NCBI RefSeq assembly: GCF_001194135.2
Contig: NC_068981.1
Location: forward strand, 147,873,321-147,937,320
Length of the DNA: 64,000 bases
Direction of reading: 5' to 3'
Origin: Octopus bimaculoides
Lineage: Eukaryota
Shown piece by piece: positions 1-12,105 of this stretch. The position numbers and the translations under genes are program-made. The notes beneath the pieces were generated by a model that saw nothing but the letters and a program-made list of their open reading frames with translations, was not told the origin of the DNA and did not search any database. How positions within the stretch are numbered: position 1 is the stretch's first letter; each line of letters begins with the position of its first letter.

Positions 1-75
1 AGCAAGCAATGTGGTTAGCCCATCTACATTTGTTCTCCTTAATGGTTCTAGTGTGTGTATGTTATATTAAATCTG

Positions 76-119
<44 letters not shown>

Positions 120-839
120 ACACTAGATANNNNNNNNNNATATATATATAGATATATGTGTGTGTGTATGTCAGACCAGTGATTTGAATTCATTTCAAGG
201 TGACTCTTGGGTATACAGTACTAATGAGCTGAAACAACAGCAAAATATCAATATCCACCATATTTGATGACCTACAGGGCAATTTGTTTCATCTGGTTTT
301 CAGTTATTCAGAGGTTTTTAAACACTTGAAGTCTTAAAGGGATTTTTCCAGGACAAAATTCTATAGTTAATAAGCATAAAAATAAAATGCATACATTACA
401 CACACACACACATTATAGTCTCTTTCTGTGAAATGTTCTGTGAAAGAACATTTTCTATTCTTCAGAATACATGCCTGTAGACAGGAAAAGAAGATGTTTG
501 CTTTTGATAAACGATAGATAATTTGAACGTTTGTCATTTCAAAGAACACCATATGTGCTGGTAGATTTAATAGCATTCAGAAAATGAAGAATTTGACAAA
601 CAGAAGAAATTTAAGAATAACACTGAAGAAATGACAAAAGAGTGGAAATAAGTTGTTTGTTTTTAAAGAGGAATTAAATGCAATTAGGTGCTCACAAAGA
701 TTTCGAGTGAGGTTCTATCTTAAAAATGGAAGGCCAGATCAGGGACGAGGGGGCTGTCATATTTGCTTGATCAGGGGTGGATGGGGTTAAACAACCACAA
801 CCATCAATCAAAATAATAAAACAAACAATAGTAAAAACA

Positions 840-1000
840 TTATTTACATTATTATTTACATTATTTACATTCGACGGATATTTGTCCTCATCTTGTTTGT
901 TGTTAACACAACGTTTCAGCTGATATACCCTCCAGCCTTCTTCAGGTGTCTTGGGAAATTTCGAACCTGGGTTCTCATTCCTAAGGTATTTTTCGATGTT

Positions 1001-1057
<57 letters not shown>

Positions 1058-1312
1058 GTTCAGGTCACTGCTTAGAATCAAACTCGTAATCTTGGGGTTA
1101 GTAGCCCGCGCTCTTAACCACTATGCCATATGCCCGTGGGCATATCTTAGGAATGAGAACCCAGGTTCGAAATTTCCCAAAGGTTGGAGAGTATATCAGC
1201 TAAAGCGTTGTGTTAACAATAAACAAGATGAGGACAAATATCTGTCGAATGTAAATAATGTAAATAATAATGTAAATAAAGTACATAATTCCTCATCTCT
1301 TAAATATAGAAT
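840..1312 (-). mobile_element. tRNA-headed, Penelope-tailed non-autonomous retroelement with 5' inverted arm (copy 1)
   Basis: Exact 14-bp TSD CAATAGTAAAAACA at 826-839 and 1313-1326. On the minus strand: tRNA-like head (1135-1058), (AAT)n linker, tail with hammerhead (989-840). An inverted copy of the tail lies at 1142-1312. Homologous to 60154-60526. Confidence 0.85.
905..950 (-). ncRNA. Minimal type I hammerhead ribozyme motif (Penelope-type)
   Basis: Minus strand reads GACAC-CTGAAGA-A-GGCTG-gagggtatat-CAGCT-GAA-ACGT-T-GTGTT: stem I, CUGANGA core, stem II, GAAA, palindromic ACGU in place of stem III. Confidence 0.7.
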
Positions 1313-2788
1313 CAATAGTAAAAACAATACCTGATGACCAAAAGATTATGAGAAATATTGTTGTGTGAGTTTAGTATGATCATAATATAAAGCATATATA
1401 GCTCAAGCATCAGATTCGATGACTTTTCAAGAGATTAAGCTTTTCCACCCTACACCCACACGTAACAAAAACACCTGATTCTTATATCCAGCATCCATCC
1501 AAATAAAATGAAGATTATAAGAGAATGATGAACATGCTATAATAGCTAAAAGAGATGCACACATACAACACAGCCATACAACACTTGGTTTCATTCTACT
1601 TTGTGACAATTTGGCCAAATGCCTTTTTTTTTTATCATATCTTCACATCAGCCCAAGACTTGTGAGTAACAATGTGTGTAGGTGGAAACTGGATGGAAGA
1701 TTGTATCTGTTCTTGAATTGAGCTTAATCTGGTGCCCAGTTTAACACTACCACTATCCTTTTAGAAATGTCTGTGGAGCCCACCCTGTTGCAAGCACTTG
1801 GACCAGGTCTCTGGTCTGAGCAAGACTTTATATCTTGATGGGCTGTACCCTACAGTAGCAACTTACACAAGTCTCCAAGGCCATGGAAAAGGTTATAGTC
1901 ACAGTTCTTCTTTTTGTCTAAACCATAAAAAATTCCTACAGGCACCATAAAAAAGATAAATAAGGTCTGGAGAAATAAAAACAGAGATATAAGATAAGTA
2001 AATTCAAGTACATTAGCAAAAGTATACCTATTTATATTAAATATTAGAAAGGTCTCTGATATAAAATACATATACAAATAATGCAGGTTAAAAACAACCA
2101 CCTTCACAAATAAATTTTCACTAACAAATGAAAGTAACACAGTTAGAACTTGCTACACACATACTGCTAAATAGATTTACTACACAACCATGTATAAAAT
2201 ATAACAAACATTACAAAATCAACTACAATGGATCAACAGAAATATGTTCCCAAACTATGAAATAAGCAATTTTGAAAGATGATACCAAAGATAACCAGAT
2301 CCTGCAAGAAATTATTTTCACAAAAGTAAAGTCAAATATCAGTAAACTATAATTTACTCAGTTACCAGGACAGTAAAGAAGGGAAGCAGGTTTGACCTTA
2401 ACAGAGTAGACCCTTTAGTCAAGTGACCCAAATGAAACGTTAAGAATAAAGTATTCAGATATAAAAGACTTATTCTTATCCTGATGGGGTTAAACATAAG
2501 AAAGAAAAATACAATGAAAAGAAATGTGTATATTAGACATTTTGTGTCAAATCCCCATCCTAAAATAGGGCTCAGATGTGAGTTTCCCTTCAATCCTTCA
2601 AGACTAATTCCTCTTGAAATGTTTTGTACTTATGATACAGTAACATCAAAATATTAGATTTGTGCTGCCTTTCATTAAGCTTGCTTGCTTTTGTGTTGAT
2701 CTTACTCCAGTATTGTTGCCTAACAAACTATATCATATTTTTCTTCATAAAGAAACTAGCATTGGTCTCAGTCAACTGAATTAATTAA

Positions 2789-2985
2789 CCCTTTAGCATT
2801 TTAATCAGCTATATCTGGCCCAAATGTCTTATGTTTAAACAAACCAGATCTAGCCTCTCATACCTACTCTACAATGTCATTCTAAAAATAAACACTCACT
2901 TCATTGAAATCTCAAAATTTTAAGATAATGCATGTTTAATCCAAATATGAATAAGTAAGCATTACATTTGACAGCGCAATGGCTG
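2789..2985 (+). mobile_element. piggyBac-type MITE, 3' end degraded
   Basis: TTAA-CCCTTTAGCATT start; colinear with 32681-32903. Confidence 0.65.
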
Positions 2986-3403
2986 ATACAGTATCAGAAA
3001 AAGTAAACTTATAAGAGATGTTTCTTTTGGGCTATTTATTTATTTATTTCTTTTTTGGTAAACTCTCTCATCTTTTTGTCAGACCATTGAAACTAATAAT
3101 TCAAATTTTGAAAAAGGTGATATTTTGGCCCCTTGAGGTTTGCAGGAGAGTTATTACTAGAAATTCTCTTGATACAAAAATACTTTCTTGAAAATTTAAT
3201 AGTGTAAAAAGAATGAAAAAAGAAAAAGAAAAAGAAAAACATTGGTGCTCATGAAAGTAAGTATAATAAAACAAATATTGTTACTAACATATGTTTCATC
3301 ACTATCAAGTTAATGTGTTAGTGATGACCAATGAATCAGCAATCTCTGCAAGTATAACACACATACACACACTCACACAAATAGCCTCAATGATGAAAAC
3401 AGT

Positions 3404-3435
<32 letters not shown>

Positions 3436-4050
3436 TGTCATTTAATATCTGCCTTCTATGCTAGCGTGGATTGGATGATTTGACAGATCTTGGCGAACTA
3501 GAGGACTGTACCAAGATCCACAGTCTGTTGTGGCATAGTGTTTACAGCTGGATACCTGTCCTAGCACCATCCTTACAGAGTGGACTAAGTGCTTTTTATG
3601 TGACACCAGCACCAGCAAGATCTGCTTTGGCATAGTTTTATGGCTGGATGCCCTTCCTTTACAGAGTTTACTGAGCAGATTGGGTACTTTTTGCAGTGCA
3701 CCAACACCAGCATGGTGTGCTTTGATTTAGCTTTTACAGCTGGATGCCCTTCCAAATGCTAACCACTTTACAAAGTGGATTAGTGGGTATTTTCTCATGG
3801 CACCAGCACTGACAAGATCACCAAGTAACTTACAAGATGATTTGAGAGTGGGGTAGTATTGAAGGAAGTGACTTTGTACCAGGTGGTGAGAGATTAGAAC
3901 ATGACAAAGGGACAGAAACAGGTGTCTTACTGTAGAGGAGCTTGAAAACTGGTGAGGGTTGGCAACAAGGAGAGCATCCAATTGTAGAAAATCAGCCTTA
4001 AATACGGTCCATCTGACCCATGCAAGCATGGAAAAGTGGACGTTAAATTA
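3404..4050. mobile_element. Cluster of RTE-type 3' ends, minus copy then plus copy (head-to-head)
   Basis: (CAT)n tail on the left; repeated TTTACAGCTGGATGCCCTTCC blocks; opposite-strand 3' end at 3950-4050. Confidence 0.7.
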
Positions 4051-4691
4051 AGATAGATAGTAACGTAAAAGACTTTCTCACTTTCCCGAGTGTCAAAGTA
4101 ATATACCTGCTTGTTGTTCATACACCTGACTTCATTTTTTGTTTTTCTGTAAATTTCAACTATATATGCGTGTGTGTGTGTTTGTGTGTGTGTGTGTGGA
4201 GAGAGAGAGAAAGAGAGAGAGAGATACATGTATATACAACAAGCTTCTTTCAGTTTCTGTCAGTCAAATTCACTCACAAGGATTTGGTTGCTCTGAGGTT
4301 ATAATACAAGACACTTGCCCAAGGTGCCATGCAGTGGGACTGAATCTGGAAATAAGTGGTAGGGAAGCAAACTTCTTATCACACAACCATACTTGAAACA
4401 ATTTGTTTTTTTCAAATTTCATTAATATTTCATCAGCTATCATATAGATAAAGTGAAGCAGAAAGCTAAATGAAGTTTAGTAATCAAGTAGTTTAGTGGT
4501 TGTGATTACAAGTTAACTGGAATACAAGTTAACTGGAATAAAAACAAAATTTTCTTAGTACCAAAAGATCTTGAAGACAAAACATCAAATCAACAACACC
4601 AAACAGGTGAAGCCAAAACATTTTGTACCAGAAAAGATATCACCACAAGAAACCAGTTCAACCTATGTCAGCATGGAAAAGCATACATAAA

Positions 4692-5094
4692 ATGAAGAAG
4701 AAGAAGAAGAAGAAGAAGAAGAAGAAGAAGAAGAAGAAGAAGAAGACGACGATGACGAAGAAGAAGAAGAAGAAGAAGAAGAAGAAGAAGAAGAANNNNN
4801 NNNNNNNNNNNNNNNNNNNNNNNNNNNNNNNNNNNNNNNNNNNNNNNNNNNNNNNNNNNNNNNNNNNNNNNNNNNNNNNNNNNNNNNNNNNNNNNNNNNN
4901 NNNNNNNNNNNNNNNNNNNNNNNNNNNNNNNNNNNNNNNNNNNNNNNNNNNNNNNNNNNNNNNNNNNNNNNNNNNNNNNNNNNNNNNNNNNNNNNNNNNN
5001 NNNNNNNNNNNNNNNNNNGAAGAAGAAGAAGAAGAAGAAGAAGAAGAAGAAGAAGAAGAAGAAAATGATGACGATGATGATGATGATGATGATG
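4692..5094. repeat. (GAA)n/(GAT)n microsatellite spanning an assembly gap (N 4796-5018)
   Basis: Directly visible. Confidence 0.95.
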
Positions 5095-5836
5095 TTGTAT
5101 GCAGCAGGCTTACATACCATTTCCATCTACTAACTTATATTCACAAAGCATTAGACAACTGAGCCTGCTACAGTTGACACATACCCTCCTGGAATGCTGT
5201 ACAGTGGGATCAAACCCAGAACTACGTAGTAGCAAAGAAAACTTCTTAACCACACAGCTATGCCTGCACCTATATATATAATTATATAAATTATTGTGGT
5301 TCGCTCAAAAAGCTGAAATTGAATATTTATTTGCTTTGACAGCAAACTTCAAGCTAAACTGTGCATTAATTCCTTTAATCTCTCTCAGAGTTAAGGATTT
5401 ATCTTTTGCAGCCTATCAGTAAGGAAGGACTGATGACAGTTGTCTCTAAGGACATAGAAATGTTATCTCTTCTATTTTCTCTTTGATGTTTTCTTCTGAA
5501 ATTTAATTCAATTCTCTCAAGTTGTATCATCATCATCATCATCATCATCAGGTATAGACCTTAACCTCTTGCTACTGTTTATTACTCATTTACTAGTTTC
5601 AGTTATTTGACTATGGTCAAGGTGTAGCACCACTTCTAAAGGTTTGTAGAATCAATCATACTGATCTCAGAACTTATTTTTTCCATTCCTATTTATCAAA
5701 CTGCTAAGTTACAGAACAGAAAAAGACACAATATAGACAACACCAGTTTTTAGACTTATTTAAACATGAACCTTGGACATACACACAGAAATACACACAT
5801 ATGCAAGCACACATGCAGAAGTGGGTGTGTGTGTGC

Positions 5837-5882
<46 letters not shown>

Positions 5883-6562
5883 GTATGTGTTAAGTCAAGG
5901 TTATTGTTTTTGAAGCAAATTTTAAAATAGTAATAACAGAAACTCCTCTAATGAGAAGGTTTATAACATTCATTTTCCCTGGAACTGACAATTTATTGAA
6001 CTAAAATGGTTAAATAAGCTGCCAGGTAAAACTTTACGCTCCCTCAACCACATGATTCCAAGTTCAGTCCCACTGTGTGGCATCTTGATCATGTGTCTTC
6101 TACTATAGCCTTGAGCTGAACAAATCTTTGTGAGTGGATTTGGTAGGTAGATGGAAACTGTGATTGGAAAGACCTGGCAAGTCAAGTGAGATCATAGCCA
6201 TGGCCGGTGCTAGTTTCGCATAACTGGCCTATTTAAAAGTACCCTTCAGTTGTCAGGCAATATGCTGTGCTTGAGAAGACTTGTTGAGTCAAGCGAAATC
6301 GTAGTTGTCTATATCTGATGAGCTACTCCACTGTTTGCCGACCAAATTTCATTCACAAAGTATTGGTCAACTTGAGGTTATAGTAGAAGACACCTGCCCC
6401 AAGGTGCTACAGAATAGAGTCTAATCTGGAACTGTGTGGCCATGAAATGAACTTCTTAATTGCATAGATTCCCTATCTTACTTTCCTTGTAGAAAATATA
6501 AAGCTAACAATACTATTTATTAATTAGAACCTGAAATTATCTGAGAATAAATAGATTTTTAT

Positions 6563-6915
6563 CCCCTTAGCAGTAAGATTACTCTATCAAATGCAATATT
6601 TATTCACATTATTTTGAATTAATCATGCATTACCTCACAGCTTTGAGATTACAATGATGTGATTTTTGATTTTTAGAATGATATTGTAGAGTAGGTGAGA
6701 GATTGAACAGTAAAACATTTCCTGCTCTTTAACTGAGATCTTTCAGCTTGAATACAAAACAGGCAGAATATTTGGTCTGAATATGGCCAGTTTAACTGCG
6801 ATGGACTGGTGTCCCGTCCAGCTGGGGGGAACACATATGCCATAGAAACCAGGAAACCAGGTCATGAGCCTGGCTAGGCTTTGAAAGGGCGAAAAAAAAA
6901 ATGGCCAGTTTAAAT
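6563..6915 (-). mobile_element. piggyBac-type MITE carrying two secondary insertions
   Basis: Reverse-complement match to 32681-32903, interrupted at 6701-6738 and 6796-6900. Confidence 0.65.
6796..6900 (+). mobile_element. 5'-truncated SINE 3' end with poly(A) tail
   Basis: 13-bp TSD ATGGCCAGTTTAA at 6783-6795 and 6901-6913; CTGCGATGGACTGGTGTCCCGTCCAG (V-SINE-like) body; poly(A) tail. Confidence 0.75.
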
Positions 6916-7611
6916 GTTAATTGGTTATTATTGTTTCTCAGTAAAAGTGATAGAACATCAGAGAATGAAAATATTTTTGTTCTGCAGTTGACTTGTTCAT
7001 CCCTCATTGTTCTGTTAAAAGTTATATTGTTCAAGATCAGGACTATGATAAAAAAAAGAAAACATTTCAGCTATTACAACCTTATGTATGACAAGTCCTT
7101 TTTTTTTAAGATGGTAGAGTGTGATTTGTGGAATATTTGTCTGCTATTTCTAGCAGGTTGTGCAATCTCATTGGCTTGACCATACTTCTTTTGTAGCAGA
7201 GGCAGGATGATCAAGAAAGATTTGATGACAAATTGAAGTGTTCACAGAAAGTCAATATGTTTGGTTGTTCTAATGATTGAACAGTAAAACATTTCCTGCT
7301 CTTTAACTGAGAGAAGAGAACAACCAGTGTTATTCACTGTCTGTTCTCACTTGAAGTGCAAGTACTGGAAATGTTACATTTTCTACTCTTCATAGTAAAC
7401 AAGTGACATTCTATAAACGCTCATTTGGATTGATTGTTGCTGGTTCTAGAGTTTCCCCTTGATGGTAAATAAGTTAGGTCTCGCAATATTGGATCCCTCA
7501 ATATTATGACATAGGACTAAAACATGAGAAGAAATGTAGAAGAGACATAGTAATGCAAAGATGTTAACTTCAAACCAGTGTGGAAAAATGGCCATTCAAA
7601 TCATAACAAAG

Positions 7612-7714
7612 ATAGTAGTAGTGGTGGTGGTGGTGATGGTGGTGGTGAGGATTGTGGTCATAGCAGTGGTGGTGATGATTATGATGATGGTGGTGGTAAT
7701 TATCACAATGATGG

Positions 7715-7770
<56 letters not shown>

Positions 7771-7912
7771 CTGGTAGTGGTGGTGGTGGTGGTGGTGCTG
7801 GTGCTGGTTTGATGGTGTTGAGGATTGTTGTCATAGCAGTGGTGGTGATGATTATGATGATGGTGGTGGTAATTATCACAATGAAGATGGTGATGATGAT
7901 GATGATGATGAA
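7612..7912. repeat. Compound (GGT)/(GAT) tract with a ~175-bp-period duplication
   Basis: The block GAGGATTGTKGTCATAGCAGTGGTGGTGATGATTATGATGATGGTGGTGGTAATTATCACAATG occurs twice. Confidence 0.9.
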
Positions 7913-9205
7913 GATACATTTACATTACACAACTGCACTGTTTACCAGTCCAATAGTAATTCCAGAATATCTACAAGCACATTGCATTAGATTTAGAAAA
8001 ATATATCAAGAGTCAATAAAAAAAAAAGGTTATTCACCTTATTTTATGACAGCCCAGCATGAGTTCAGAGATTCTCTGAAAGCCAGTGCCAGTATATTTT
8101 ATGGTGTTAGGCATTCCAGGGAATATTGTTGCTGTTTATGCAACCAAGCCTTACAGCTGCATCTGCTCTTGCAGCCCAATAACTACAGAGATGTAAGCTT
8201 TTATGTATGAGCTGATCAGCTAGATGACAAAGTATAACCTTTACAATGAACTTGCTCATAAAAGAGACACAAATAATTGGATTGTAATTAGATGGAACTT
8301 CAAAACCCAGGTATTTTTTATTGTAAGTGTGATGCTGCTTTCAAGATATCTGTGGGGAGATTTTTTTTTTAAGATTAGGAAGAAGGTTATCAGAGGTGGA
8401 TGATTATATAAGAAAAGAATTTCTCTAAATTCTTTCCATCAGAGAAATCTAAGTTGTTTAGACTTGATAAAATATCTGACAGGCATGATTGCTCTTTTAT
8501 GTGTTTATAGTCATAAACCAAGAACACTATTTTTGAAGAACGCAGATTTCTTTGTGTGATATTTCAAGAATGTTGGGGTGTAATAAGTGTCAAGCGAGTG
8601 CAATTATTGTCATATTAATTAATGAGATTATTTTACCTGTAAGACCAACAAATGATAATAGCATCGAAACAAAGGAACAAGAAATTGTCCACAGTAACTC
8701 AATGTGCTAGAAATAAGAGCCAAACCTCCCTTAATTTACAACCTACCATCTCAAATAAAGTGAGGTAAAATGGACAGTTTAGTCATCATTGTAATCCCTT
8801 GAATACAAAAAAATGTGAGGATCATGGTTGAAATACCTTTAATCAAAGCTCCCATGGATCAGGGATAACCAGGTGTTCATTAACAACATTGATAACGATG
8901 CCAGTACTAGGGTTGAGTACCAGAGAGGAATAATTGTTTTAAGTTATCAGGAAAATGTTAGTAATGCTAATTTTATGGCTTCTGTTTCAGTTATCATAGA
9001 TAATGAAAATTAGAGCAATAGGGAAATACAAAGTTGAAATAAAGAAGGTTTAATATATTCTTGTTCAAAAGAAAAAAAGAAAACTTCCAACAAACAACAC
9101 TACACATGTTTCATTTAAACCTCACATAGATTAAACGGAAAGTAAGCAGACAATTCCCTTACTATTTCTATATGCATGCTGTGAAGAATGAAAGGAGTTG
9201 AAATA

Positions 9206-10062
9206 CAGGGTGTCCCCAAAGTCACTGATGGGTTTTAATTTTTAATAACTTCCTTAACTGTATAAATAAATGCATGAAATTTTGATACAATATAAAAGAT
9301 ATGATGGAAATTAATATGCACAAGTCAAATTTTGCAACACCACTACATCATATATGAAAAATGACATTACTTAAATGGCAGTCATTTTTGGCTTCGCATG
9401 CCAGTGCTCTTTCCAAAACTTGCATCATAACACCTTCAAGAGTTTCAGACCCCACTTCTCTGATTTCTGCATTGATATTCTCCTTCAGTTGCATCAGGGT
9501 CACCAATATGTTGACATAAACCCTCTCTTTCAAGTATCCCCACGAAAAAAATCCAGGCTAGTCAAGTCTGAGGAATGTGAAGGCTATTCAGAGTAGACCT
9601 CACACATGGTTCCAGCAGGATGGGGCAACTTCTCATACCACAAGAGAAACAATGCAGTTGTTACAGCAGTGCTTTGGAGAGAGAATAATCTTCTGATACG
9701 GCAATATCAACTGGCCTTCACATTCCCCAGACTTGATTAGCCAGAGAGGGTTTACATCAACAAACCAGAGACCGTGATGCAACTGAAGAACATCAACTGA
9801 GAAATCAGAGAAGTGGGGTCTGAAACTCTTGAGGGTGTTATGGTGCAAGTTTTGGAAAGAGCACGGGCATACAAAGCTGAAAATGGCTGCCATTTAAGCG
9901 ATGTCCTTTTTCATGTGTGATGTAGTGGTGTTGCAAAATTTGACTTGTGCATATTAATTCCCATTATGTCCTTTATATTGTATCAAAATTTCATGCATTT
10001 ATTTGTAAAGTTAAAGAAATTAATAAAAATTGAAACCCATCAGTGACTTTTGGGACACCCTG
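9206..10062. mobile_element. Fold-back non-autonomous Tc1/mariner element, DD41D (rosa-type), made of two inverted 3' ends
   Basis: TA-CAGGGTGTCCC...GGGACACCCTG-TA with arms of about 380 bp. Transposase remnant WFQQDGATSHT...WPSHSPDL on +, and DLTSLDFFSWGYLKERVY on -. The reconstructed D2-D3 spacing is 41 aa. Confidence 0.9.
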
Positions 10063-11829
10063 TACTGCATCTTATGTTAACATGCACCTACATTCTGTAG
10101 TAATTCCTCATCACCACCTTCCTTGCTGCTTTCTTTGTTCAAACCTTTTGCAGTTTAATAGTAACTTAATAGCAACTCCTGACTCAGCATCTTACTTCCT
10201 AGAACATCACTTTACAGGCTTATACTCTGTTTATGATTTTTTTTTCTTTTGCACTGCTATGGAATAAAAATAACATATAGTTTTGTGAAATGAATACACA
10301 TAAAATTATTCCTATTTTGTGTTCCAATGTTCATTTTAAGCTTGAATAACTTTGTTAAGCAGTAACTACTATTAGTTCTTCTCTGCCAATGAAACTCAGT
10401 TCTGCCTGATGAATTCAGCTTTATATCTTCTGCTTTCCCTGCCCACATTCTAAAACACCCTTCTCTAATGAATTGTGCTGGAACACAATACAAGTCATAA
10501 AATTACTTCTTTCTAATTACCGAGCTAAAACTATTAAATAGCTGTAAAAAAAATAGAAGCAAAGTTTAATAAAATTTTAATTGTCTTTGAAAAATGAAAA
10601 AAAAAAAAGATAAATAAATATAGTAATTATTAAAAAAATAATAATAAAACAGGCTAAAATTTCTGACTGAATGAGATGATTTCTATTTCTTGCCAGATCA
10701 AAGCAAATTTATGTTGTTAATTCATAGAAGCCCATTGTTTTATTATTAGATTGTTTGCAGAGTGCTTTCATAGTGTAAAAAATTGTTGGGTTTATTTTTC
10801 TCAATATAGTCTTAATTTTTTTTTTTTATTATAATAGAAAGGAAGAGATATTTATATCAGAAACAAGATAGCAAGGTGACAAAAATTTATAAGAAGGGGT
10901 GTTCATTCATTTTCAAAGGACTAATAAAAAGAAAATGGCTATTTATATGAAGAGTGTGACAGCAAGAAACAGTCAGTTGTCCCTTACTGAAAAAGTTAAA
11001 TAGCAGGGAAAAAAAATTTGAAATGTAAGACATAAATAGAAATAATTAATATTTATCTGTAAAGAGAAATAACAAGAAGGAATGGTTGTTTATCCAACAT
11101 GAGACAGCAAGCAGAAAATATATTTACATGAAAAGACAGCCAGCAAGATAAGATAGTTTCTTTTTTACATTACAGGAGAGTTTGAAAAAAATTTCTTGTG
11201 TTTTCTTTGAGATGAATGACAGCAGACACAACAGAGAGGATGATGATAAAAACAAAGTAAAGAAAACTCCATTTTTGCTTAACCCTTTCCTGACTTTTTT
11301 TTCTAATAAGTAGACTGCCAGTGTTTCAATTAGATTCTCAAAAGAATCAAGGTTTGGAGAGTTCAGTTAAATATCTGTAACTTTATATATTGGCATATAT
11401 TGTCGGTCTTGACCAACTGGAATATCTAGTCACATTTATGTCATAATAAAATCAACCTACATTTTAATTTTATTACAAATGCTTTATAGCACGGGTCACC
11501 TCAGGTGGATTTGTTAAGAAGAAAATTATTTATCTAAACAAGCTCCTCTTTCTAACACAGAAACCTAATTTGGTGAAATTGTCCTTTTATGTTTAAGAAT
11601 TTAATGACATGGCACTACTTCTTTAGAACTACCAATAACAACGTACAAGGGAATGTGAAGGGATATTTTGTATAGTTCATTGTGGAGCAATGAACAAAAA
11701 TTTCAATAAAATCTGAAGATTAATTTGAACGAGTCAATAAAACCAAGCAAAAGCAAAAGTTACTGTTGCTGTTATTTAGACTCAAATCAGCTTTAATTGA
11801 ATAACTCCATGATCAAAGACCTCTTTTAT

Positions 11830-12105
11830 TTTTTTACCTCTTTCAGTCATTGGATTGTAACCATGCTGGAGTGCCACTTTGAAGGGTTTTAATTCAACAA
11901 ATCGACCCTAGTACTTATTTTTTAAGTCTGGTACATGTTCTATTGGTTTCTATTGCTGCATTTCTAAGCTATCAGGATGCAAACAAATCAATACAAACAC
12001 ACACACACACGCACACACATATACATGACAGGTTTTCACAGTTTCCGTCTACCAAATTTATTCAAAGCCATGTAGTTGCAAAGTAAGCTTCATAATCATA
12101 CATCC
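11830..12105 (-). mobile_element. SINE-A, internally deleted
   Basis: Tail and core match, with part of the head missing. Confidence 0.75.

Noticed and set aside
692-1334. ORFs of 129, 127 and 60 aa with poly-N/L/I (also 60126-60650)
   Set aside because: They are translations of the non-coding Penelope-tailed element and its trinucleotide linker.
7578-8210. 210-aa Gly/Asp-rich ORF
   Set aside because: It is open because of (GGT)/(GAT) repeats and has no recognisable domain.
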